A DNA stretch of 62,804 bases, counting the filler, from Jimgerdemannia flammicorona (lineage: Eukaryota): the NCBI GenBank assembly GCA_003990765.1. It is 3 parts of 3 records of this genome, joined end to end, with 100 filler letters (N's around TTAATTAATTAA, not from the genome) between each part and the next. Parts side by side here need not be neighbours in the genome. Positions count along the whole stretch, not along the records: positions 41,948 to 62,804 come from RBNJ01001578.1; 2 more parts are not named here. The stretch is one strand, 5' to 3'. Shown piece by piece: positions 52,018 to 62,804 of the stretch. Numbering within the stretch: position 1 is the first letter of the stretch; each line of letters opens with the position of its first letter. The position numbers were made by a program, and so were the translations under genes. A model generated the notes under the pieces. The model was not told the origin of the DNA. It did no database searches and worked only from the letters and a program-made list of their open reading frames with translations.

Positions 52018-53547
52018 TCACACCATCACCACCAACCCCTCTCCTTCTTTCCACCCCCAAATTTTACTCATCTTCTGCAATTTCACCCCGCCTCTCACAT
52101 ATGCATCTCCATCGCCTTCTTGCTGGGCCATGATCTCCGCCCGTTCGAATCCCGCCGCCTGCAACAGAGATACCAGCGCAGCACGGCCCACTCCATCTAC
52201 AATGCGTACACATTCTAGTCTGGGGCACCCCTCTAGTAAACGTCCGAGGAACGCCTCTCCGACAGGGTAGTCCCCGAATACGAGCTCCCGTAACTTGGGC
52301 CACGCGGGAACTGAATAAGCAGGGGTTTCAGCGACAATTTTTGTTTTACGAGGCAGTACGTCCTCCCGACCGTGCCGGACCCGCGATAGATCCAGCCTGC
52401 GCAGATGGGGCATGGGTGTTGCAAGGATGTGTGCAAGAAGGCGGTTACGCTGGTCCGCCCCTGGTTCGAGTGGTGGGAGAGCGAGCGACGTGAGCCTTCT
52501 GCCACAAGCAGTCACGAGACGTGGCAGATCGGTGGACGGATCGTGTGGGGCGTTGTCGTCAAGCTCCAGGATTGAGAGTTCCGGCGGTGGGCAGTGCGAG
52601 AGATAATGGATAGTTGGGGCAAGGAACGGGACAGGTTTTTCCTTATTTTTAGCCTCGGCCGCCACGTCACGGATGGAGAGGACTCGGAGGTCGACCCAGC
52701 AGGCGATAGTATCGGAGAGGAAGTCGGGTGAGAGGCTGGCGGTGACGATAACGGAGTGAAGGCGGAGGACGTGGATTCCCGGGCAGCGGCGGAGAGCGAG
52801 AAGAAGGGCGGGGCTAATTTGGCTTTCGAGTAGGTGGATTTGGTTGAGGTTGAGGTGGGTTGCGAGCGTGAGGACAGGGTGGGGCGCAGTCTGTGGAATT
52901 GGGGTGGTGCGTTTGACTCTGGCTAATTTAGATATGCGAGGGATGATGTGTTTGACTCCGGCTAATTTGGATATGCGAGGGACGATTTGTTTGACCTTGG
53001 CTAATTTAGATATAGGAAGGGTGGTGCATTTGACCTCAGCTAATTTAGATATGCGAAGAGACCGAATTGCTCGTAACCCTGGCGCCAGCTGCGTCGCTAG
53101 TTCATGAAGGAGCATCAAACGGTGAGGGTCTGTCGCCTCGAAGAGATACAGGGACAGCGTGTGAACATGGGGCTGTAACCCTCGGACAACCCGAGAGATC
53201 GGGCCAACGCGACGTTGATCAAGGATGGTGACAGGCTGCCACGGATGCATGCATAGGAGGTTTGTGAACATTAACTGCACCCATCGTGGGGTCTTCCCTA
53301 GCTTCAGCTCGTATCGCTGGGAGAATTCCAAAACGTTGGCCAAACGCTCGAGTTCGGATTTTGAAAGGTTTTCGGTGTGAAGGGCGTGCCTCGGAAGGAA
53401 CTTGAGGGCAGCGGTGTGCCATTCCCGAGAAACCAGGGAGCAGCAGTACAGATCGAGGATTCCAGAGTCATAGCTATCTCTACTGTTTGTGATGAGGCCA
53501 GTGAATATGGTATGTTGAATTGTTTCAGGGAGGGTGGTTAACGGCAT
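52018..53547 (-). CDS. F-box/LRR (RNI-like) protein, intronless, with internal 13-aa repeats
   Basis: 509-aa ORF with LPETIQHTIF..LYCCSLVSREW at the N-terminus and LxxLxL repeats (LRRLDLS, WPKLREL, CPRLECV). Confidence 0.8.
   Translation of the reverse strand: MPLTTLPETIQHTIFTGLITNSRDSYDSGILDLYCCSLVSREWHTAALKFLPRHALHTENLSKSELERLANVLEFSQRYELKLGKTPRWVQLMFTNLLCMHPWQPVTILDQRRVGPISRVVRGLQPHVHTLSLYLFEATDPHRLMLLHELATQLAPGLRAIRSLRISKLAEVKCTTLPISKLAKVKQIVPRISKLAGVKHIIPRISKLARVKRTTPIPQTAPHPVLTLATHLNLNQIHLLESQISPALLLALRRCPGIHVLRLHSVIVTASLSPDFLSDTIACWVDLRVLSIRDVAAEAKNKEKPVPFLAPTIHYLSHCPPPELSILELDDNAPHDPSTDLPRLVTACGRRLTSLALPPLEPGADQRNRLLAHILATPMPHLRRLDLSRVRHGREDVLPRKTKIVAETPAYSVPAWPKLRELVFGDYPVGEAFLGRLLEGCPRLECVRIVDGVGRAALVSLLQAAGFERAEIMAQQEGDGDAYVRGGVKLQKMSKIWGWKEGEGLVVMV
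52900..53060 (-). repeat. Coding tandem repeat, 4 x 39 bp
   Basis: gctaattt(a/g)gatat at 52922, 52961, 53000 and 53039, encoding ISKLAxVK repeats. Confidence 0.9.
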
Positions 53548-56146
53548 AGCGCTTGATTTTGAAACAAATTCCTGAGGTATGAGTGGCTTTTAAGGCTTGG
53601 AGATTTAAAGCCATCCCGGTCCCAGTCCAGGAACCGAAGCGGAGCAACCAGAAACAATGTCCGTCCTTTTTTTTTTTTTTGTTAAATAGCACGCCGTGCA
53701 AATACATCTCTAGTTCGGTTTGTAACCCATTATAAACTCATCGTCGTCGTTTATCAACTGCTTGCATTCTAAGTCTTCGCTCGCAAGACACGACAGCAAG
53801 ATACTTCCAATAAAACACTGAGAAATCCAAAAGCCTTATCGATAAAAACCATGCATTATTTACAGAACCACGAGACCCCGATGGTTTATGTTTGGTCCGA
53901 TCAGGTCGATCTGGAGATCTGGGACACCGGATGCACTTTTTCGGGTTGTTGACGACACAGCCACATCATTACAGTGACAATATTGGGATGGCGGATCGGG
54001 TCACGCGTAAGCATTTACGGTTCAAACCCAATATCATATCGTATATCACCGATCAGTTCGCTCGGAGATATGACACACCTGTATGTATAACATTATTATT
54101 ATGTATCGTGACCATCCCTGAACCTTTTCAATGGGCAAATCCTTGTTAAAAAACAGAGATAAGGTGGATCAATTCGACTTTTGCTGGATTTCAACCCTAA
54201 CCCATTTTGGTGTAGTACACGTGTAGTAAAGGTGAAGTAATCGCGTGCGCGCGTGATGTTCTGACAGGCGTTTTCGCTAAGGTGATCGCAGATAGATGAT
54301 TCAGAGAGAGAGAGAAAAGGACTGCGACACCAGAGACTGCGAAACAATAAAAACCGAGGGAGATGGTAGAGCATTTCACTATGAGCAAGTCAACTTCCCT
54401 GGAAATTGTACTGTGCTACAACGGTGAAAAAAATCCCTGATGTCATTGTACAATGGCACTCGCCAGGGTTGTACGGACCCGGAAAGTCAAGGGTCACCCC
54501 ATTCTTCGGCGCGAAGCGCCGTAATTCTCCATTTAAAAGGCCTTTTCTCGTCAATCATACAAAGTTCGACTACGACTGTTGTCAATTCCACCCCCTCGTC
54601 GCCAGCCATGTGGAAATAATGTCGTGTACCAAGAGCTAATCATAAATGGATCAGGGGTCCAAACTGGAGGCAAAAAACGTGGGCATGATAGCTTTTATCT
54701 GATCCGTGTGCGGATACGATAATCCGTTTGACCTGTGTGCGGAGCATAGATGAACCGGAACCGAAGCATCAAACGATGCAGAAAGAGGAACTCGGTTGCT
54801 AGGCATCTATCAACCACAAAATCAAATACAAATGTCAGCTGCATGACTATTTTGGCATCCGAAAGTCACTAACATGTACCAGCTGGTTTGCTGACGGATC
54901 TGAGGGAGCGATTGTGATATGCGTATACTATCTCCACAAACTTCGATGGCTACGCTTCAAACGTAAGAATAGAGGTGCGGGTCAAATAGTGGAGATGCCA
55001 AATACTTGTATTAACTTTGAAAAAGCATGATAGGACGAGATTAAGCAAGTGACGTCCAAAGTAAGAGAACGAATTTATTTTACCGTTTAACACCCTGGTG
55101 CGTCTGGATTTGATACTTCGACCAACACTGATCGAAATTATAAGCACCCGTAGGTATGGAAGAAATTTCTCGCTCGCAACTACCTGTTCAGCAGAGAAAG
55201 CAGCAGCGAAAAACAACTCGGTAAAAATTTATACCGAAACTACCTCCTAAAGAGCTTCCTTCCCCCTCGCCCTCCGCCTTCAAACGAGCAGTAGAACGCG
55301 GTTAGTATGACTGGCTCAGGGGGCGCGGAAGAGAGTTTGCGCTCCTGCTTTGCGAGGTTAAGCAGCGATGCGGTCACGAAGGGGTGGGTTGAGGTAGTCT
55401 TGAAGAAGGATAAAAAGAGGATCTGCAGTGAGGGATGGTGGTGATCCGGACACCATGTAGACCGACGATCGACGGTGAAGGAGTCGAACTTTGAGCCCCT
55501 TCATCTCCATCCCATACTTTTCCACCATCTCCTCACGGACCCTTTGCATCCCGCCCTGACAAATGAATGATTCATTCCACTTTACCACTGAATACATATG
55601 TGCGCGACCAACTTGAAAATCGTGGGAAAATTTAAACGTCGTGCGTTTCTGGGCTAATCGGAAGGCGGACAATAATGAGGAGGACGCCTTGTTCTATGAG
55701 AGGCGGAAACGAAGGTGATACGTGCACACACATATATATACGATAACTGAGGGCAGCAGAACTTGCTTTTGGTCACCTTTGATGATGCCCATTGCGTTGC
55801 TGTATGAAGGACAGTAAATTCTTCACAAAGGGTTGTTCGCTGTCGCGGTTGCGCAGACAACCGGCCTTCATATTGACAATCTCATAGGTTTGAACTCGGA
55901 TAAAAATAATAATAATAATAATAATAATAAAAAGATCTGAACTTGTAACTGGACATTACACTGCAATGCTAACGTGAATCATCTGTACTTTTGCGTTATT
56001 ATAATAACAGAATATTCATTTGTTTTATTGAAATTGCGACTTATTGACAATAAGCTGGTGTTATAGGTATGTTGATTAAAAATGTAAAAATAAAATCGGA
56101 GGACGAACATATTGGAGTGGCACTCAAAATAGGACACATTACAAGT

Positions 56147-57923
56147 CTAATTGATCGCCACATTCGTTCCCATCCCATCTATAAAGCTTCCATGCAACGT
56201 CGTGGCCTTGAACTCGCCAACCTCAGCCCTAGCAACCTCTTCGAACGTTTTGGCATCGAATGCAATCACGAAGCACCTATTCCCGTTGCGTGTCTGGTTC
56301 ACGACGCTCAGGACTACACCGTCGTCTTCTTCCACGCCGTTCGGGTTCGGGATAAAGATGGGCTCTGACGCGCTGAATCCTTCGTGTACCCACACCTTGT
56401 TCCCTTTCCCGCCATTCAAATCCATCTTCTTTAGCAGATTGTCGCCTGTGCTAGTGTCAATGGCGATTCCGTACGCGTACCGGTAGGGCTTCCGCTCGTA
56501 GTTGGGGTTCATCCGAGCGAGCTCCAACCTGGTCCCACGCACTTCGTACTCGGCCCGCACGACTACGTTGTTCCCTGCCGCTTGCCTGGCCGCCACGCCC
56601 GCGACATCCCGGAGTCGGTATCGTCTGACAGTGGACGGTTTAGGGTCGCGGTTTGCCCTGGTGCGGCCGAAATCCTCTGTACGGGTGACAGCGTCGGCAT
56701 TCTCGTAAGCGCAGGTGTCAAAAACGATGTCGCCGTCGTCATCCCACGCGTTGAGAGTGTGGAAGGCAAAGAAGGCGTCGTGCTCGTAGGTGGCAACGTG
56801 CTTGCGCGTCTGGCGGTCTAGGACGTGGAGGAGCGTCGGTCGTGTGCCATCCCACTTGATGGAGCCATTGAAGCTGCCGGTCCAGAGGACGGAGAGACCG
56901 TTCCAGGAGAAGTAGAAGGGGTAGTTCGGAAAGACGACGTAGCGGTTTGTGAGAGAGAATGAATGGATGTAGGAGGGGAGGATCGAACGCTTGGGCTGGC
57001 CGGCAGGATGGCGGATGGGGTCAAAGAGGTGCGTTTTGCCAGAGGCGTCGATGGAGAAAGCAGAGAGCGTAATCTCTTTCCCAAATTGGAGGGTGAAGTT
57101 GAAGTACTCGGAAGTCGAGCTATCGGCTTGGTGGTGAGCGGCGGATATTTGGCCAGTCAAGGAGGAGTCCAGGTACCCGTAGGTGAAAAGCTTCTTTGGT
57201 TCTGGTATGGGTTGAATTAGGCCGAATTAGCAATAGACCTCGTACATGAGAAAGAGAGAACAACAAAGTATGATAAGTTTTGGTCTCTCACCCAACGTCT
57301 CCGCATCAATCAGCTGCATGATATTCACATCCGTCTTCACCACGACCACCAACTTATCGTCAGTCATTTCCTTCGGCAGCGGGAAGTTGGGCGTGACTGT
57401 GACATTGATGGATTCGCTACTGGGGTCTTCATCGTGCATCTTCCGCGCCTCCTTAGGATCGGCCATGAGACGGTGGAAGAAGCTTTGCATCCTGCCCAGA
57501 GTGGTCTGGCAGGGGTCCTGGCCGAACATAATGATGGTGTCGTCGCCACGCTCGATGCGGCGCTCCACTCCGCGCGCCGTGTACCGCGAGTTGTAACGGA
57601 CCGTGTTGCTGGCACCCAGGAACTCAAAGCGATGCACCTGCGAGAGGCCGTCGAAGGGGTGCACAATGTGGTGTGTTTGACCGTTGGGGAGGGTGATGTC
57701 GAAGACGCCTTGGCCTAAATTTTTTTTTAAGATGCTGAGATTAGAGTAGATGAAATTGTACGAAAGAAAGGAGGATTGATTGGTCATTAAAACGACATCG
57801 ATAATTGAGATTCTTACCAGCCTTGTATAACACACCGTCCAACCATTGCGGCAACTTTCCCTTCACCTCGAGCTCGACGGGCACGGGTGTCTCGGGACAA
57901 TTTTCGTGCGTGGATTTGGTCAT
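56147..57923 (-). CDS. Carotenoid cleavage oxygenase (RPE65/CCO family), 3 exons
   Basis: GKLPQWLDGVLYKAG, HPFDGL, four iron-ligand His motifs (AAHH, YIHSF, FHTLNAW, TLHGSF) and EPIFIPNP..EDDGVVLS. Confidence 0.93.
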
Positions 57924-58276
57924 GACTTTCTTTACGAATGGGAGGGAGGTTTGTTTGAACGGGTTGCTAGTGCTTGACTTTATGGAGAAAGAGTAGGAAT
58001 TAAGAGGGTAATTTATACAGAGGAGCTTGTCAGTCGACCGGAACGCGCTGAGGGTGATTTATCCCTCAAAGATACAAAACCACCCGAAGAAAACTTCGTC
58101 GCGCCGTTTAGTCCCAAATAGTATATACGCCGTGTCATCGGCGGGCGTGACTTGTGTTGCCAGGAGGATACCGACTAAATCTGGCTAGGCTCGCATGTTC
58201 AAATGATCCCTATTTTACAACCTAACCATTTTCCATTAGCACATTCAATTTTATTTTTTATTTTGGCTGCAATACC

Positions 58277-59069
58277 TACTATGCCGGCGCGAAATTCAGT
58301 TCCACCTGCCTACTTGAGGCAAAATTCATCAATAATAAAGTACTCTTGAATAAAAAATAAACTGTTTAAAATACTCTTAAATAAATATTGGTACAACATT
58401 TCTGAGCACAAGCATACTTGTGCCACATAGTACTAAGCAACCCTGAATTATGTGAAATCACGAAATTGTTGAAATTGTCTCATCTTCACAAAATTGCCAC
58501 GTCCTCGCATTTTCACGAAACTGCCTACTAGTGAGGTGTATCTTACTATGATGCGTGAAAAAGTCCTTCCATGGATTATTTTGCATTATGGTTCAATTCA
58601 CCAAGGTAATTATATTTGGCAACAGGACAATGCTCCTGTACATAATGCCAGAGTGGTTCGTTGGGAGCATGAAGAACTTGGTGTCAAGCAACTAGAATTC
58701 TGGCCTGCCAAGTCTCCTGATATGAATCCAATCGAACATATTTGGAGCTATCTTGGACGTGCTATTCGTCGTCATCGTCCATTGCCAAATAATCTCAATA
58801 CTTTATGGGATGTTATTCCACAGAAAACTTGTCAACAACTTATTGAGAGTATGCCGCGTCATGTGCAGGCTTTGATGGATGTTGGTGGTCGATCAACTCG
58901 TTATTAAATAGCCATTATAATGTTTTTTATCATGTATAGTTATGCTTTCAGTGGTCGGTCTACTCAGTATTGAAATATATTTTATCGTAAAATCATTACC
59001 ACGTTCGGTTGTATAGTAGTAACTGAATAAAAATGGATTTGTACCTGGTAACATCGCGCCGGCATAGTG
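58277..59069 (+). mobile_element. Internally deleted Tc1/IS630-like DNA transposon
   Basis: TIR (t/c)actatgccggcgcga at 58277-58292 and 59054-59069. Transposase C-terminus WQQDNAPVH..WPAKSPDMNPIEHIW..GGRSTRY (58494-58907). Confidence 0.88.
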
Positions 59070-59234
59070 CTAGCTGTGTCACACTCGCCAAAATTGAAAG
59101 CTGACACCCTCGTGGCCCAGTGTCAAAACGGGATGTACGAGCCCTGTGGTGTAACAGATCGGGTCCGACCAGGTAGGGACTATAATATGGACGATTTTTT
59201 ATTCTCTATTTTTCGAAAAAGATAAGCATGAGCA

Positions 59235-59700
59235 ATGCCACCGCCTACCGACTCACCCTCGTCATCCTCACATTTTCGCTGCCCATTTCCATCTTGCCCA
59301 CAGCTCTTTGCCAGCTTTGACATTCTTTCTCGGCACCTCAAGTCGGAACACGACGCAACTATCGAGACAGGTCGCTTGTTGGATCCTCAAGATCCGCCTG
59401 GTTCGCAGCCCACAAGTCCTGGTGGTTTGGATCGAAGCATGCCAATTTCTCTCCCTGCGCCACAATCCTCGGCTAGCACCCATACAAATCAAACGACGAA
59501 TCAAACACAGCCTTCCGTCGAAAGCCCAGACTGTATGAAGAGTAAGAAACGATGCCGCCTCTACGCCACTATGAAGACCGCAAAATCGGCCCGCTGGGAA
59601 AGTCGTGTGTTCAGTGCAAAAACGATAAGAAGCGATGCGGAAGGATATCGTGCTCTAGATATATACATCTTCGGAAGGAGTGTATAAGTCTTTTAATGAC
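59235..59700 (+). pseudogene. C2H2 finger + Zn2Cys6 protein, frameshifted paralog of 4056-4520
   Basis: FRCPFPSC..LSRHLKSEH and SPDCMKSKKRCRL, then a frameshift at ~59570 into CVQCKNDKKRCGRISCSRY(C)IHLRKEC. Confidence 0.7.
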
Positions 59701-61384
59701 TCCAACGTACCCACTACTATGCAAGTTTATCTGTCCTCACTGCTATCACTTATACTTTTATACCATCCATGCCCCGTGTTTATTCCCTATTTCGCGACCT
59801 GCACAAAAAATCTTTGCAATACCGAGCTGGATGGAGAAAGCCCGTTCCCTTTTTTATTATTACCCAAACCCACCTCAATATTATATGTATGTTATATGTA
59901 TGCCCAAGCCTCCAAATAGGTACATTAGCCAAAAAAAACTTCAAATTACCTATAATCCCTTTTTGTGGCATTGCAGTATTTCCAATATCCCTGGGCGCAC
60001 GGAGGAACAAACGAACGAGGCAAGTTTATAGTGTTCCCGCGCCAGCAAGGCGCATTACGAGGAATGATTTGAAAGTTCTTATGTGGCGAATTGGACCTAG
60101 CACCAATGGGATCGTGTCACGTGCGCACTTCTGGCGAATCTATAAACCTCTAAACTTTGAAGGTACAGAACGTAACAAGAAAAATATATATTAAAAAACT
60201 AATTCTGTAGAATGATTCTCTGTTTGATCTACTACAACTTGACAGAGTTAGAATCTTTATTTAATTTTTTTTTATGTCTCCCTATAAGTTTTAAAAAAAA
60301 ACAAAATTATTATCTTGAGCGCCAGTCACATACAAATTTTAATTCTATAATAATTAGTATACGTCAAATTATTGTATTTTTAGTGACGTAAACTATTCAG
60401 GATTTGGTGGCAGCCAGCCCTTAACCGCCTTCTTCAACTCCTTACGTCCCTTCCGCCTCCCCCCCACCGCCCCCCCCAAGAAAAAAAAACCCCCTAGAAA
60501 ATATCGCGTCATTCCCGCTCCGCTACCTCACTACCTTTGCATCAGACCGGTCGCATATGGTAAAGCCCTACTTGATCTCTGCCCTTACGTATATCTCCCG
60601 CGCTCTCGCAGATTATGAGTGATGGGACCTGGAACTCCCCCGCACCGAGCTACGAGGTGATCGTGGTTGGCGGTGGATATGAGTATGATATCGATTGGAC
60701 CGGAACAAACGTCAAGACCCTAACTAATCTATTCATTCTACCCGCCTAAAACAGAGCGGACGATGACGCTGCCGTATTTCATCTCTATCACTACCAACCT
60801 CTCTTCCGCAAACTACGGTGACGTATACGCGGAATATGACTTCATCAGAATATTTTCCTAATCCCGCCGAACCACCTCTTTCCCACAAGTTGCACTACCG
60901 TCCCAGCATACGACGTTGCGATAGACGGTTCTTGGCAATCGGAGAGGACCGATGTAAGGGAGAACGGGGAGGGAGCGGATGACGATGGGGCCGCCGTTGC
61001 AGATGGGATGGAGTTGCCTTGTGGGAACGACGGCAATATGTCAGTGGAAGTAAATAAAACAGTGTTGTGGGTCTGTGTATCCACGCGTCGCTGAATGAGG
61101 AGAATGAAACGTGGCGCACGGCCTTTATCAGGGGGTCGTCTCAAGCGGAGCGTGACGTCACAACCTATTTAACCTATTTGAGATGAATGGTAATGTGTCT
61201 CCAATGTGTTCACATGCGTTTTTAGTCATTGACCTCCTTTATTTGAATTCTTCTCTTACACAAAATTTAACATCTGCCTTCTGCACACCTATCCTTGGGT
61301 AGCTCCCCAACACATGTTCACTTGTCCCCTCTCCTTCAACCATTACTGTAATCCATCTATCATTGCTCAGTCCCCCCACCCACC

Positions 61385-62700
61385 TGAACCTCCCCTCCCA
61401 AATCTCCTCCCCCTCATTGTCCAAACCTCCTCCTCCTCCCCCCTCACCATCCGAACCTCCTCCTCCCACTCACCTGAATCTCCTCCTTGCCATTCTCACC
61501 CAAATCTCCTCTCCCTCATCATCTGAACGTCCCCTCCCCCATAACCATCTGAACCTCCTCTCTATTGCCATCTGAACCTCCTCCCTATTGCCATCCGAAC
61601 CTCCTCCCTGTTGTCATCCAAACCTCTTCCCTGTTGCTATCAGAACCTCTTCTCTGTCACCATCTGAACCTCCTCCATTACCATTCAAACCTCCTCCCTG
61701 CCATCCTCCCTGCTGTCATCCAAACCTCCTCCCTATCACCATCTGATCCTCCTCCCTGTCACCATCTAAACATTGCCATTCTGTTGCCATCCAAACCTCC
61801 TCTCCATTGCCATCCCCTCCTGTCACTATCTGAACCTCCTCTCTCTTGCCATCTGAACCTTCTCCCTGTTTCTATCTGAACCTCCTCCCCATTACCATCC
61901 AGATCTCCTCTCTGTCACCATCTAAACTTCCTCCCCATTGCCATCTGAACCTCCTCTCCATCACCATCTGAACCTCCTCTCCATTACCATCCAAACCTCC
62001 TCCCTGTTGCCATCCAAACCTCCTCTCTGTCATTATCTGAATCTCCTCTCCATTGCCATCTGAATCTTCTCCCCATCACCATCCAAACCTCCTCTCCATC
62101 ACCATTGAAACCTCCTCTCTATCACTATCCAAAACTCCTCTCTGTTGCCATCTGAACCTCCTCTCTGTTGCCATCTGAATCTCCTCTCTATTGCTATCTG
62201 AACCTCCTCACCATTGCCATCTGAATCTCCTCCCCATTGCCATTGGAACCTCCTCCCCATCACTATCCAAAACTCCTCCCTGTTGCCATCTGAACCTCTT
62301 TTCTGTTAGAGGAGATTTAGATGGCAATGGGGAGGAGGTTCAGATAGTGATAGGGAGGAAGTTCAGATAGTAACAGAGAGGAGATTCAGATGGTAATAGA
62401 GAGGAAGTTCAGATGGCAACAGAGAGGAGGTTCAGATGACAACAGAGAGGGAGTGGCAATGGGAGGAGGTCTGGATGGTGATAGAGAGGAGGTCTAGATG
62501 ATGATGGGGAGGAGGTTTGAATGGTGAGGGGAAGAAGGTTCAGGTGATGATAGAGAGGAGGTTCAGATGGTAAAAAGGAAGTTCAGATAGTAATAGAGAG
62601 GAAGTTCAGATAGCCTATCACTATTCAAACCTCCTCATCACTATCTGAACCTCCTCTCTGCCATATCAGAATTTTCTCCCCCATCACCATCCAAACCTCC
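61385..62700. repeat. 23-bp minisatellite with an inverted internal block (~62308-62612)
   Basis: Units such as ccatctgaacctcctctctgttg repeat to ~62305. Reverse-complement units (gaggaggttcagatgg) follow to ~62612, then forward units resume. Confidence 0.9.
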
Positions 62701-62804
62701 CCCCCCCCCTCCCCAACAAGTTCATCCTCCCACTCCCCAGCTCTCTCCCCCCATCATTCTGCCCCCCATTTTCTCATCTTTTTTTTTTTTTTTTTTTTTT
62801 TTTT

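Noticed and set aside
55358..55860. Coding-looking minus-strand fragments
   Set aside because: No recognisable motif or consistent exon structure.
60540..61100. Splice-like signals and coding-like CpG-rich sequence
   Set aside because: All frames are interrupted and no homology is recognised. At most an unassignable pseudogene.
61385..62804. CRISPR array or telomeric repeat
   Set aside because: Head-to-tail degenerate units without unique spacers, eukaryotic context, no cas genes and no telomere motif. The ORFs over it are repeat artefacts.

Overview
Eukaryotic (fungal) genomic DNA with short GT-AG introns. The gene and TE repertoire suggests an early-diverging, Mucoromycota-like fungus (inference, not proven). 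CpG-rich gene islands (~1-4.9, ~21-36.2 and ~51.9-61.1 kb) alternate sharply with CpG-depleted, C>T-hypermutated transposon islands (~5-20.9, ~36.3-51.9 and >61.2 kb). Genes: two secreted GPI-type proteins, a cytochrome P450, a pirin, a HELLS/LSH/DDM1-type SNF2 remodeller, an F-box/LRR-like protein, a carotenoid cleavage oxygenase and a small Zn2Cys6 protein with a decayed paralog. Several pseudogene relics are also present. TE islands hold decayed Ty3-like gag-protease elements, at least five L1-clade (APE-RT) LINE copies (three with clear TSDs), a MITE and a 23-bp minisatellite with an inverted block; a deleted Tc1-like element lies in a gene island. The best candidate for a novel system is a ~1.2-kb apparently non-coding, structured, poly(A)-tailed retroposon with a 13-bp TSD (38036-39242). 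Its second copy (41699-41847) shares a covarying RNA core but carries a different LINE-derived 3' tail, suggesting a long SINE-like parasite of a stem-loop-tailed fungal L1 family. Two assembly gaps contain an artificial TTAATTAATTAA linker. All alignments and counts were done by eye, and many boundaries are approximate.
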